Notes: generated by a model from the letters alone, not told the origin. 64,000 nucleotides of DNA from an uncultured bacterium (GCA_943788175.1 CALSPG010000005.1:326211-390210); one strand, 5' to 3'. Positions 8,110-15,648 are shown, counted from the first letter of the stretch. Translations and numbers: made by a program.

Positions 8110-8454
8110 ATGGAATATAAAGTAATGGACTTTCAAAAATATACAGACTACTTAGGTGATAGGTGGGATGATACTATTGAAATGGGAAAGTTTGATACCT
8201 ATGAAATGGCATTGGAATCGAATGAGTATCATTGAGCAAGACCTTGCAAACGGGTAAGAATGGATTGCCTAAAGATAGTACTTTAGAACTAATTCAATTC
8301 GTAACAGAGTCACATCATACGGGTGGTAATAAGTCTTAATGAAGATGGCTGGATTGTGGTACTACACAAACCCGATATTGTTACAGATGTTACAAATGTT
8401 ACAGATGGCTCAGAAGTAGGTACTCAAGCACACGCTGAACAGGAGGTAAACTAG
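8110..8454 (+). pseudogene. Degraded ORF of unknown function (at least 3 frame changes)
   Basis: Coding-like segments MEYKVMDFQKYTDYLGDRWDDTIEMGKFDTYEMALE / NRMSIIEQDLANG / KNGLPKDSTLELIQFVTESHHTGGNKS / EDGWIVVLHKPDIVTDVTNVTDGSEVGTQAHAEQEVN* lie in successive frames. The track shows no ORF of 60 aa or more between 7997 and 9187. Confidence 0.45.
8376..8405 (+). repeat. Three direct 9-bp-spaced copies of TGTTACA
   Basis: attgttaca gatgttaca aatgttaca gat, with TGTTACA at 8379, 8388 and 8397. It lies within the degraded ORF and codes IVTDVTNVTD. Confidence 0.35.
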
Positions 8455-8456
8455 GG

Positions 8457-8799
8457 CTATCTCTCACTCAGAACAGAGAGACATCGACTTGTCAAAACTT
8501 GACATTGAAGATGATATTTTCCCCCCTAAAAAAGGTGCAGATGAGGATAGTAACTCCCCCAATTTTGGCAGAGGTCAGCATCCTAATTCAAAGAAGAATC
8601 TGAAGCCATTATGAGAAAGGTGTTAGTGGTAATCCATCGGGTAAACCAAAAAAGGTAGCACAATTAAAAGAGGTCTTAGATTGGTGGGGTAGGCTTAACT
8701 GAATATGATAATTGGTCTTGGGATAAATACACCAATAGAGCAAATGGTAGTCAAAGGTATATGGAAAAGAGCAACCTCATGGTAATAGACAAGACTTAG
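8457..8799 (+). pseudogene. Relic of a small phage-type protein with an NLKP...G.SGNP.G.PK motif (DUF5681/small-terminase-like)
   Basis: ...GRGQHPNSKKNLKPL* is followed after a frame change by YEKGVSGNPSGKPKKVAQLKEVLDWWGRLN*, and after another by EYDNWSWDKYTNRANGSQRYMEKSNLMVIDKT*. I recall the motif from phage DUF5681/TerS-like proteins. An HMM search is needed to confirm. Confidence 0.4.
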
Positions 8800-8990
8800 A
8801 TATTTGCTATCACTTGGATTACTTGATTCAGACAAGTTTAAAGACTAATTTAGGAACGCTTAAATCAACATGTTAAATATACCTAAATACAATTCCCCCT
8901 ATGAGATGTGGTCAGCAGTAATGCCCCAAACGATTTCAACATGTTATCGTAAGCCATCTTTGGGGGGATGTAGGTAATAGGAGTCAGCAT

Positions 8991-10106
8991 ATGGCTACAT
9001 ATATAAAACAAAGAAAACGTCAGTACTCATCCCGTATTCAATGGAGAGACTGAGAATGGTAATAAGAGAGAACGAAAAATACCTCTTAAAACTTCTTCTA
9101 AATCTGTTGCAGTAGTCAGAAACAATGAAGTAACGAAAGTTGAAGATACTATTATCGATGGAGATAATTGGTCTTTTGCTTGGATGAATGATGATGGTAA
9201 AAGTTAAACTAATTAGATTATCTATTAGCGAGGCTTATGAAGAATATAGGATTGTCCAAAACATAGATGGAGTGAGAGCGTCTACGCTCGATCGAGTTGA
9301 TAACTCTATGAAGACACTATATAAAGTCTTTGGAGAGAACTATCCAATAGCATCATTAACATACTCGCATATAGAACAATTCAAAGAGTATTGGCACGGA
9401 ACACATCAACCAACTACAATGAATATTAATCTATCAAAGATTAAAGCGTTTCATAATTGGTGTCTTAAAAAAAGATATACTATAAAAGATGTAGAGTTTA
9501 AGATGGTTAAGGAAGATGAAAAGCCTCCACAATATCTAACAGATGCTGAGTTTAAAAGCATAATGAAATGTGATATAATAGATGACCATTTCAAGAAAGC
9601 ATTTGTATTCTATTTGTATACGGGTTGTAGAAAAACAGAACCATTTATTGCAGACTTAAATGGTAATTGGCTTACAATCAAATCAACAGATGCTAAGTCT
9701 CACAGAACTCGTGATATTGAATTAAATGAAGTAACTAAGGGCATAGTTCAAGATATGAGAGATAGGTATCATTACTATATGGATGAATATGCACAGAAAC
9801 CAAGAAATGTGATTATGAACTATGGTAAGCAGTTCAAAAAGGCTTGTAGATACTTAGGTATCAAGGGCAAGACCTTACATTCATTGAGACATACTTATGC
9901 AGTTAGACGCTGGGCAATCACGGGAGACATTAAGATGGTATCTCAAGAGATTGGTCATAGTCTCAGTAGTGATGACAGAGAAGTATGCTAAGTTCAATCT
10001 TAGAAAGTTAAGAGATGATTTCCCCTCATTAAAAGAGCGTATCAATCTTAGACTTACTCCACCAAGTGAAGACTCATATTTTACTACGCTTTTAAATGCT
10101 ATTTAG
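8991..10106 (+). pseudogene. int: Tyrosine recombinase (phage integrase family) with at least 3 frameshifts
   Basis: N-terminus MATYIKQRKRQYSSRIQWRD, then a shift to ENGNKRERKIPLKTSSKSVAVVRNNEV...AWMNDDGKS, then a shift into the 267-aa ORF. That ORF carries box I (TGCRKTE), box II (HSLRHTYA) and GHS. A further shift precedes SVVMTEKYAKFNL, which holds the catalytic Tyr. The breaks are not at long homopolymers. Confidence 0.8.
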
Positions 10107-10206
10107 AGGCATAAAATGGCAAAGAGGACACGTTTTGGAGGATACACCTAATAGACCTAAAATGCTAAGTGTAGTAATATATGTAGTTAGGAGTTAAAAA
10201 CGCTGA

Positions 10207-10440
10207 GAGCGTTGCCCTTACAAGGCAGATGTCGGGAGTTCGAATCTCTCAACGCCCACTCCTCAGAAACCCTCGTTTATTGACGGGGGTTTTTGTTTTT
10301 CTACAAGTCTGTCAAAGTCGTCATTCCTTATCATTGTATGACATTTATAATAGGAACTTTGGAGGCTACCAAGCCCTAATTCAATTACTTATTTCAACCA
10401 AAGTAGGGGGGCATACCCCGTTTGATAGGTCGGTAGGTAT
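10207..10440 (+). repeat. Right direct repeat (attR-like): partial tRNA-Val (3' ~52 nt) plus about 180 bp downstream
   Basis: gagcgttgcccttacaaggcagatgtcgggagttcgaatctctcaacgcccac... duplicates 241-478. It lacks the 5' acceptor and D arm, so it is not a functional tRNA. Confidence 0.8.
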
Positions 10441-10504
10441 CTTTGATTTAAAATTTTATGTTTTTATTGAAAAGAACTATCGGAAGAAATAACTATAAAT
10501 GTAA

Positions 10505-10549
10505 ATATTTTGAGGTTCAAACTTTGAATAAATTCAAACCTCAAAATAT
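10505..10549. terminator. Bidirectional hairpin terminator downstream of cspA
   Basis: A 13-bp stem, atattttgaggtt (10505-10517) with aacctcaaaatat (10537-10549). Both sides are T-rich. Confidence 0.55.
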
Positions 10550-10579
10550 CATTTTTAATAAAAAAGTTACTAGAGTAGT

Positions 10580-10792
10580 CTATTTAGGTACTACGTTTGT
10601 TGCGCAAGGACCTTTATCAGAAGAACCTTCTTCATAATCAACTTCCTGCCCGTCTCTTAAGGTTTTGTACCCATCCATTTGAATCTCATTCATATGAACA
10701 AATAAGTCTTTATCACCATCTTTTGGTGCTATAAATCCAAATCCTTTTTTATCATTGAACCATTTTACGGTTCCTTCTTTTACATCACTCAT
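10580..10792 (-). CDS. cspA: Cold-shock protein (CspA family)
   Basis: [15 protein letters not shown] (RNP1-like) and DLFVH (RNP2-like); 70 aa. Confidence 0.9.
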   Translation of the reverse strand: MSDVKEGTVKWFNDKKGFGFIAPKDGDKDLFVHMNEIQMDGYKTLRDGQEVDYEEGSSDKGPCATNVVPK

Positions 10793-10930
10793 TTTATTAT
10801 TTTCCTACTTTTGTTTATTTATTCAATTATTACTTATTTAATTGAATACTGCAATTTAATACTGTTATTACATAAATAAATTTAATTATTATTTAAGTCT
10901 ATAAAAAAATATATTGCATAGTTTAATCAC

Positions 10931-10951
10931 ATTATCACAATTTTTGATAAT
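10931..10951. promoter_or_regulatory. Inverted repeat ATTATCA-N7-TGATAAT overlapping the start codon of the His/Cys-rich gene (candidate metalloregulator operator)
   Basis: attatca (10931-10937) and tgataat (10945-10951). ATTATC/GATAAT hexamers are the building blocks of Fur-type boxes. In AT-rich DNA this could arise by chance. Confidence 0.25.
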
Positions 10952-11273
10952 GAAAAAATCGATAAATAAATTCATTTTAACTGGGATAGCTCTTTTATTT
11001 TTTAGCTCGATTTTTCATTTAGATCATACTCCGGCGCACGAGCATCAAAATGGATACAACATATGCAATATAGGATGTAAGGATATTGAGCATCATTCTT
11101 ATTCTCATCAATGTGAAAAGTGTTTAAGCAAAACCCAAAGATATGTAAGTGTAAATCTTTTTGATTTATCACTTCATAACAACTCAACATCATTTGACAA
11201 TCCTAAAGACATTACTTTTTCTAAATTCATAAATTTTAATTCAAATAAAAGAGCCCCACCCATTATCCTTTAG
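10950..11273 (+). CDS. Small His/Cys-rich membrane-anchored or secreted protein, paralog of 15045-15392
   Basis: MKKSINKFILTGIALLFFSS (signal or TM), then HLDHTPAHEHQNGYNICNIGCKDIEHHSYSHQCEKC, and ...KRAPPIIL at the C-terminus. The pattern H.H...GY.ICN..C....HH.....C.KC...RAPP is shared with the paralog. Confidence 0.6.
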   Translation: MKKSINKFILTGIALLFFSSIFHLDHTPAHEHQNGYNICNIGCKDIEHHSYSHQCEKCLSKTQRYVSVNLFDLSLHNNSTSFDNPKDITFSKFINFNSNKRAPPIIL

Positions 11274-11463
11274 ATTTTATTAAAGGAGCAACAGTTTCAG
11301 TAAAAATACATTTTGTATGCAATGAGTGCATGCCAGTTTCGTATTTGTCGTAAACATCTATCATCAATTTTTCAGTAATGATTATAATTGAATTATGATT
11401 GAGAAATTTGATGCTCCTAAATCTTTGTTCAAAAATATCTTTTGAAAATCATAAAGGAAACAA

Positions 11464-11877
11464 ATGATGTTAAATTCAATAAATATTTCGATAAAAAATA
11501 TTAAAGTAGATAGTCTTGGCGCTTTGGTAAGCGGCTTATGCATGTTGCATTGTCTTGCAACGCCAATCTTTTTTATTGCTTCAGCTTGTTCAGCAGCATG
11601 TTGTAACTTTGCTCCAACTTGGTGGCAATCATTAGATTATATTTTTCTAGTTATTTCTCTTTTTGCTGTAATCCAAGCATCTAGAAATTCAAATAGTTCA
11701 TTGGTTCCTAGGGGGCTACTAGCTAGTTGGTTAGGGTTAGGTTTTTTTATATTGAACGCTAAGTTTGGTTGGATTAGCGTTCATCAGAATATTAAGTTTA
11801 TTCCTGCGTTTCTTCTTATTGGATTTCATCTATACAATATGAAGTACTGTCAATGTGAGAGCAATGAATGTTGCTAA
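11464..11877 (+). CDS. MerC-like membrane protein with a Cys-rich C-terminus
   Basis: GALVSGLCMLHCLATPIFF is the MerC-domain-type C.LHC motif in TM1. There are four predicted TM stretches, a CSAACC segment, and a tail CQCESNECC. Confidence 0.6.
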   Translation: MMLNSINISIKNIKVDSLGALVSGLCMLHCLATPIFFIASACSAACCNFAPTWWQSLDYIFLVISLFAVIQASRNSNSSLVPRGLLASWLGLGFFILNAKFGWISVHQNIKFIPAFLLIGFHLYNMKYCQCESNECC

Positions 11878-11911
11878 ATTATTTAATGTTTTTTTAATGA
11901 GAGGATGAAGA

Positions 11912-12160
11912 ATGAAAGAAAATGAATTTCCACTTCTAAAGATTACAAATATTGATTGGGATCCAGATCATGAAGAATTTGAAAAATTACCCAAAAAATT
12001 AGAGCTTAAATGGGATAAAAAAAATTGGACCATCGATGATGTTTCAAACTGGTTAAGTCTTGAATTTGACTGGGTTTTTAACAGTCTTAATATTAATCAA
12101 GTTGGAATTTGGGAGAATGGTGGTTGTAGTTGCTGCGCTGGCGGATGTAGTTGCTGCTAA
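11912..12160 (+). CDS. 82-aa acidic, Trp-rich protein with the C-terminal tail GGCSCCAGGCSCC
   Basis: The ORF has an RBS-like gagg upstream. The last 13 residues contain 6 Cys in two GGCSCC repeats. It ends 4 nt from the convergent TonB-dependent receptor stop. Confidence 0.55.
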   Translation: MKENEFPLLKITNIDWDPDHEEFEKLPKKLELKWDKKNWTIDDVSNWLSLEFDWVFNSLNINQVGIWENGGCSCCAGGCSCC

Positions 12161-12164
12161 ATTT

Positions 12165-14393
12165 TTAAATACGAAACCTGTAATTAATATTGAATCCTAG
12201 CCCGGGTTCAGGCATTATCATTTTAATTTTAGATAAATGATTATAATAGGTTTCATTTAATATATTAGATACTTGAAATATTAATTGATGCATGCTATTA
12301 TTTTTACTAAAAGTATACGTACAGTTATAATTAAAAAGTTTGTATCCATTTGTTGGCGTTTCAAACTCACCAAGTTTATCTTGATTAGAAACTAACAAAA
12401 ATTCAAAAGTGTTATTTAAAAACAGAATATTTTTTTCTATTTGAAATCGAATCAAATCTGGAGGAATGTATGCCAGTGACATATCGTTCTGTAAATCTAA
12501 ACCTCGACATATTGAGGCATTTCCTAATAGGTTAAAATATTTTAGATTAATCTTAAAATTTGGCTCAAACCCATAAATCAAGGTTTCAAGGCCAAATATT
12601 TTATATTTATATAACCAACCTGAAGACCCACTACCCCACTCAATCCAATCGGCCCCAGTTTCGTAACCATCTCCCATTTTTTGAAAAATGTGAAAATTAG
12701 AGCTATAGTTTATATAACTGGTAAGATTGAATTCATTTTTATCATTAAAAAAAGAAAAAGTATTTTCAAATCCTAATGTATTCTCCTGATCAAGCTTTGG
12801 TTCGCCAATCTCATACGAATAGCTTCCTAGATGGGGACCATCAGAATATAGATCTTCGATTTTTGGAGCGCGGCTTGTGTACAGAATATGATTGTATATT
12901 GAATAATTTTTTCTCTTATTTAGTGCTGATATACCAAAAGAAAACAATATAAAATCACGTTTTTTTACATCTTCGGGTTCAATATTAGAAAAGAAAGTAT
13001 CTTCAACACTAGGGTTGATTGATCGGTATTCAATCCTTCCAGAAAATTGCAATTTAAGGTTATCATACTTTCTATTATTTATGCCAAATACAGCTAATTT
13101 TGTTTCATTGGAATTTGGAGTCCATATAAAACCGCGTGTAAGGTAGTCTCTATTTTGATAGTTAATACCAATTTTTAATGTTTCTCCGCTCAGTAAAGCA
13201 TTCAAATAAATAATATTTTGTCTCAAATCAACAGATGCATAATTAGCATCCTTAACAAATTCCTTGTGCCCATATCTAATGTATCCTTGTTCAATATCTA
13301 AAATATTAAATGAAAAAAGTTTAATATCGCTGTGATACATTAATTTTTGGCTTTGATTTTTTAGTTCTAAGTCAACTCCATTAATATGTCCCTCTGGACT
13401 TCCTGGGATTCCATAATCCATTGAAAAATCTTTTATTTGAAGGGAAGTGAAATTTTTGGCACCAAACTTTGTTACAGCTATTGAAAGGTCGTTTTTTATT
13501 AATGCTGTATTTTTTAGAGAACCCAAGGGAGAAGATTGATCATTAGATTTTCTATTAGTTATTGACGTAAAAAGTTGATAGGTGTTTAATGGAATACTAA
13601 TATTTGTTCCTAAAAGCTTTGACTGGTTCGAGCTCTCATGTCCAAAAAATACATTATATAAAGCTCGTTCTATCTTTTTTTGACTATTCATTGGAGATAG
13701 TATGTTAATTATACCAGCAATAGTGTTTGACCCATAGGCTAAGGTCTCTGGTCCTCGCATTACTTCTATACCTTCTGCAGAAGAAATTTCCATGCTCACC
13801 GCGTGGTCGGCAGTAGTGTTAGATAAATCACCAAGTTCAAAACCATCAGAGGTAATTAGGAATCTATCCCCTGAGTATCCTCTTAGAATAGGTCTTTGGG
13901 TTGCTTGCCCGGATGATCTCATCGCAACACCAGACTCCCCAGTAAGAGTGGTCGCAAGGTCGCTATTAATGTTTTTTTTCAATCTACTACCAATCATCGA
14001 TATTGAAGATGGGGCTTTATTCTTATTGCTCTCTTCATGTGAATGGACTGTTACTCCGCTCATTTGGATTGTTTTAGGAGTCAAAAAAACTTTGTATTTA
14101 TTCTTTATATTTTTGTGACTTACAAATAAGGTTGTATCCTTGAACCCAATCATCGAAATCTTTATTTCATTTTTCTTTAAATTATCTAAAGAGAGTGAAA
14201 AAGTTCCTAATTCACTGGAGACTGTACCAAGATCACTATCTACAATATAAACATTAGCACCAGATATAGGTTTCAGATTACTATTGTCAAATATTACTCC
14301 TTTAATTGATGCTACTTCTTGAGCAGAAAGTGAGTTGATAAAAAATAGAGCTATATATAGAGGTAGATAACGCACGAAAAGAAGGAGTATCAT
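12165..14393 (-). CDS. TonB-dependent receptor (CarboxypepD_reg-like N-domain, plug and barrel)
   Basis: IKGVIFDNSNLKPISGANVYIV (carboxypeptidase-regulatory-like). Plug motifs PILRGYSGDRFLITSDG and IEVMRGPETLAYGSNTIAGIINI. Long beta-barrel ending NINYRFRI. Confidence 0.85.
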   Translation of the reverse strand: MILLLFVRYLPLYIALFFINSLSAQEVASIKGVIFDNSNLKPISGANVYIVDSDLGTVSSELGTFSLSLDNLKKNEIKISMIGFKDTTLFVSHKNIKNKYKVFLTPKTIQMSGVTVHSHEESNKNKAPSSISMIGSRLKKNINSDLATTLTGESGVAMRSSGQATQRPILRGYSGDRFLITSDGFELGDLSNTTADHAVSMEISSAEGIEVMRGPETLAYGSNTIAGIINILSPMNSQKKIERALYNVFFGHESSNQSKLLGTNISIPLNTYQLFTSITNRKSNDQSSPLGSLKNTALIKNDLSIAVTKFGAKNFTSLQIKDFSMDYGIPGSPEGHINGVDLELKNQSQKLMYHSDIKLFSFNILDIEQGYIRYGHKEFVKDANYASVDLRQNIIYLNALLSGETLKIGINYQNRDYLTRGFIWTPNSNETKLAVFGINNRKYDNLKLQFSGRIEYRSINPSVEDTFFSNIEPEDVKKRDFILFSFGISALNKRKNYSIYNHILYTSRAPKIEDLYSDGPHLGSYSYEIGEPKLDQENTLGFENTFSFFNDKNEFNLTSYINYSSNFHIFQKMGDGYETGADWIEWGSGSSGWLYKYKIFGLETLIYGFEPNFKINLKYFNLLGNASICRGLDLQNDMSLAYIPPDLIRFQIEKNILFLNNTFEFLLVSNQDKLGEFETPTNGYKLFNYNCTYTFSKNNSMHQLIFQVSNILNETYYNHLSKIKMIMPEPGLGFNINYRFRI

Positions 14394-14434
14394 AAAAAAA
14401 CTAAAAGCTGCCCAGACATTGATCTAGGCAGCTT
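14394..14434 (-). terminator. Intra-operon hairpin with T-run between the lipoprotein gene and the receptor gene
   Basis: An 8-bp stem, aagctgcc (14405-14412) with ggcagctt (14427-14434). On the minus strand it is followed by a T-rich run (complement of 14394-14404). Confidence 0.5.
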
Positions 14435-14452
14435 CTTGTCTAATTACTACGA

Positions 14453-14978
14453 TTAATTAACAGTTACTGTTACGTTATTTGTAGAGGTGTAGTCTGCATG
14501 ACCATCGTGCATTAATTGGATTTGAAAGCTAGTGCTTCCTGAGCTCACCCCAATAATGTGTAAAGCAGCTCCATGTTCTTCTTCATGATCATGATCGTGG
14601 CTCTTCTTCTTCATGTTCTACTTCGACTATAGCAATACTTGCATCAGAACCAGATACCTCGAGTTCGCCTTCTTCGTGTCCTTCTTCCTCTTCTTCTTCC
14701 TCATCATGTTCAATTTCATTTCCATCATGATCAAGAAAATGGACAGATAATTCAAGAGTGTCGCCGACACTTAAAGCGACAGAACCAGTTACGGCGCCTT
14801 CAAACTCTCTATAAACTTCAGTTCCGCTTTCATTCTCTAAAATGAAACCATCTGCATCGGTATGTCCGTCATCGTTGTTATCATGGTCGTCGTCTTCACA
14901 ACCAGTTATAAATAACATGGCACATGTAAGTGAAAAAATAGTATACGCTTTTAATGAACGTAAGAATAGTGTTTGCAT
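14453..14978 (-). CDS. His/Asp/Glu-rich lipoprotein with two related beta-rich repeats (apparent frameshift near 14595-14600)
   Basis: Lipobox FITGC. CEDDDHDNNDDGHTDADG...LELSVHFLDHDGNEIEHDEEEEEEEGHEEGE...VEHEEEE. The next frame continues HDHDHEEEHGAALHIIGVSSGSTSFQIQLMHDGHADYTSTNNVTVTVN* to the stop at 14453-14455. Confidence 0.6.
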
Positions 14979-15044
14979 AAAATGCTCCTTTAAAATTTTA
15001 AAATAGAATTGTACTAATTTATTAGTACGAGTGTAATACTGTTT

Positions 15045-15392
15045 TTAGTTAAAGGATGAGGGGGGTGCCCTTGAGGGGATATTTAATTGGTTTAAAAGAT
15101 TTTTGAAAACATGCTCATCAAAATAATACGAATTTTTTGTTTTTACATAGGTATTGATTTTATATGTGTCATTATATATTTTCTGGTTATTCTGATTTCT
15201 TGTACACTTATCGCAATCAGCCTTTAAAACATGGTGATCTGATGAGTTACATTCAGGGTTACAGATACTGTATCCTTCTTCTTTTGTGTGGTCATGCTCA
15301 GAAATATGAAGACTACCAGAAAGGAGTAGAAATGATAACGTAATTTGGCAAAGTCCTTGCAAGATGTTTTTTATGTTATTTTTCTTATGCAT
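15045..15392 (-). CDS. Small His/Cys-rich membrane-anchored or secreted protein, paralog of 10950-11273
   Basis: Hydrophobic N-terminus, then HISEHDHTKEEGYSICNPECNSSDHHVLKADCDKC, and ...SRAPPSSFN. Confidence 0.6.
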   Translation of the reverse strand: MHKKNNIKNILQGLCQITLSFLLLSGSLHISEHDHTKEEGYSICNPECNSSDHHVLKADCDKCTRNQNNQKIYNDTYKINTYVKTKNSYYFDEHVFKNLLNQLNIPSRAPPSSFN

Positions 15393-15480
15393 AAAAAGAG
15401 AGAACTAATTTAGTAATTAATACAAATAGAGTTACTATTCAAATTTTCACATTATAAAAATTAATTGCATTGTTTTAATA

Positions 15481-15505
15481 ATTGATATTGAGACTAAATA
15501 TCAAT
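15481..15505. promoter_or_regulatory. Palindrome ATTGATAT-N9-ATATCAAT in the divergent promoter region between the flavodoxin gene and the His/Cys-protein/receptor operon
   Basis: Perfect 8-bp arms. The preceding aataattgatat resembles Fur-box half sites. This is a candidate shared operator, with support from sequence only. Confidence 0.25.
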
Positions 15506-15648
15506 ATGTGTATATTCACCTATTGGTTATTAAAATACAAAAATAAAAACAAATGGGTTCTGTTCTAAATTATAAGTAATACTTAAAATTGGTTCCAAAA
15601 CTATGAATGGGACCCGTTTTGTTTTTTTAAATATTTAAAGGATAAAAA

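Larger units (their letters stand above)
219..10440. mobile_element. Integrative element (phage-satellite-like genomic island) inserted at tRNA-Val
   Basis: A complete tRNA sits at the left end. The 3' part of the tRNA plus its downstream sequence is duplicated at 10207-10440. A tyrosine integrase lies next to the right repeat. The interior carries an excisionase-type HTH, a primase-helicase and a TerS-like relic. Confidence 0.7.

Noticed and set aside
10229-10492. 87-aa plus-strand ORF (MSGVRISQRPLLRNPRL...)
   Set aside because: It starts inside the duplicated tRNA-Val fragment and reads through the tRNA terminator and the conserved repeat, so it is an artefact of ORF calling.
11464-12160. 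A mercury-resistance (mer) operon, given the MerC-like protein and the Cys-rich partner
   Set aside because: The locus contains no MerA reductase, MerR regulator, MerP or MerT. MerC-domain proteins occur widely outside mer operons.
11912-12160. A methanobactin/chalkophore-like RiPP precursor next to a TonB-dependent receptor
   Set aside because: At 82 aa with a structured-looking N-domain, it is much longer than known ~30-aa precursors, and no MbnB/MbnC-like or radical-SAM maturase gene is nearby. I kept it only as a remote alternative within the Cys-tail finding.
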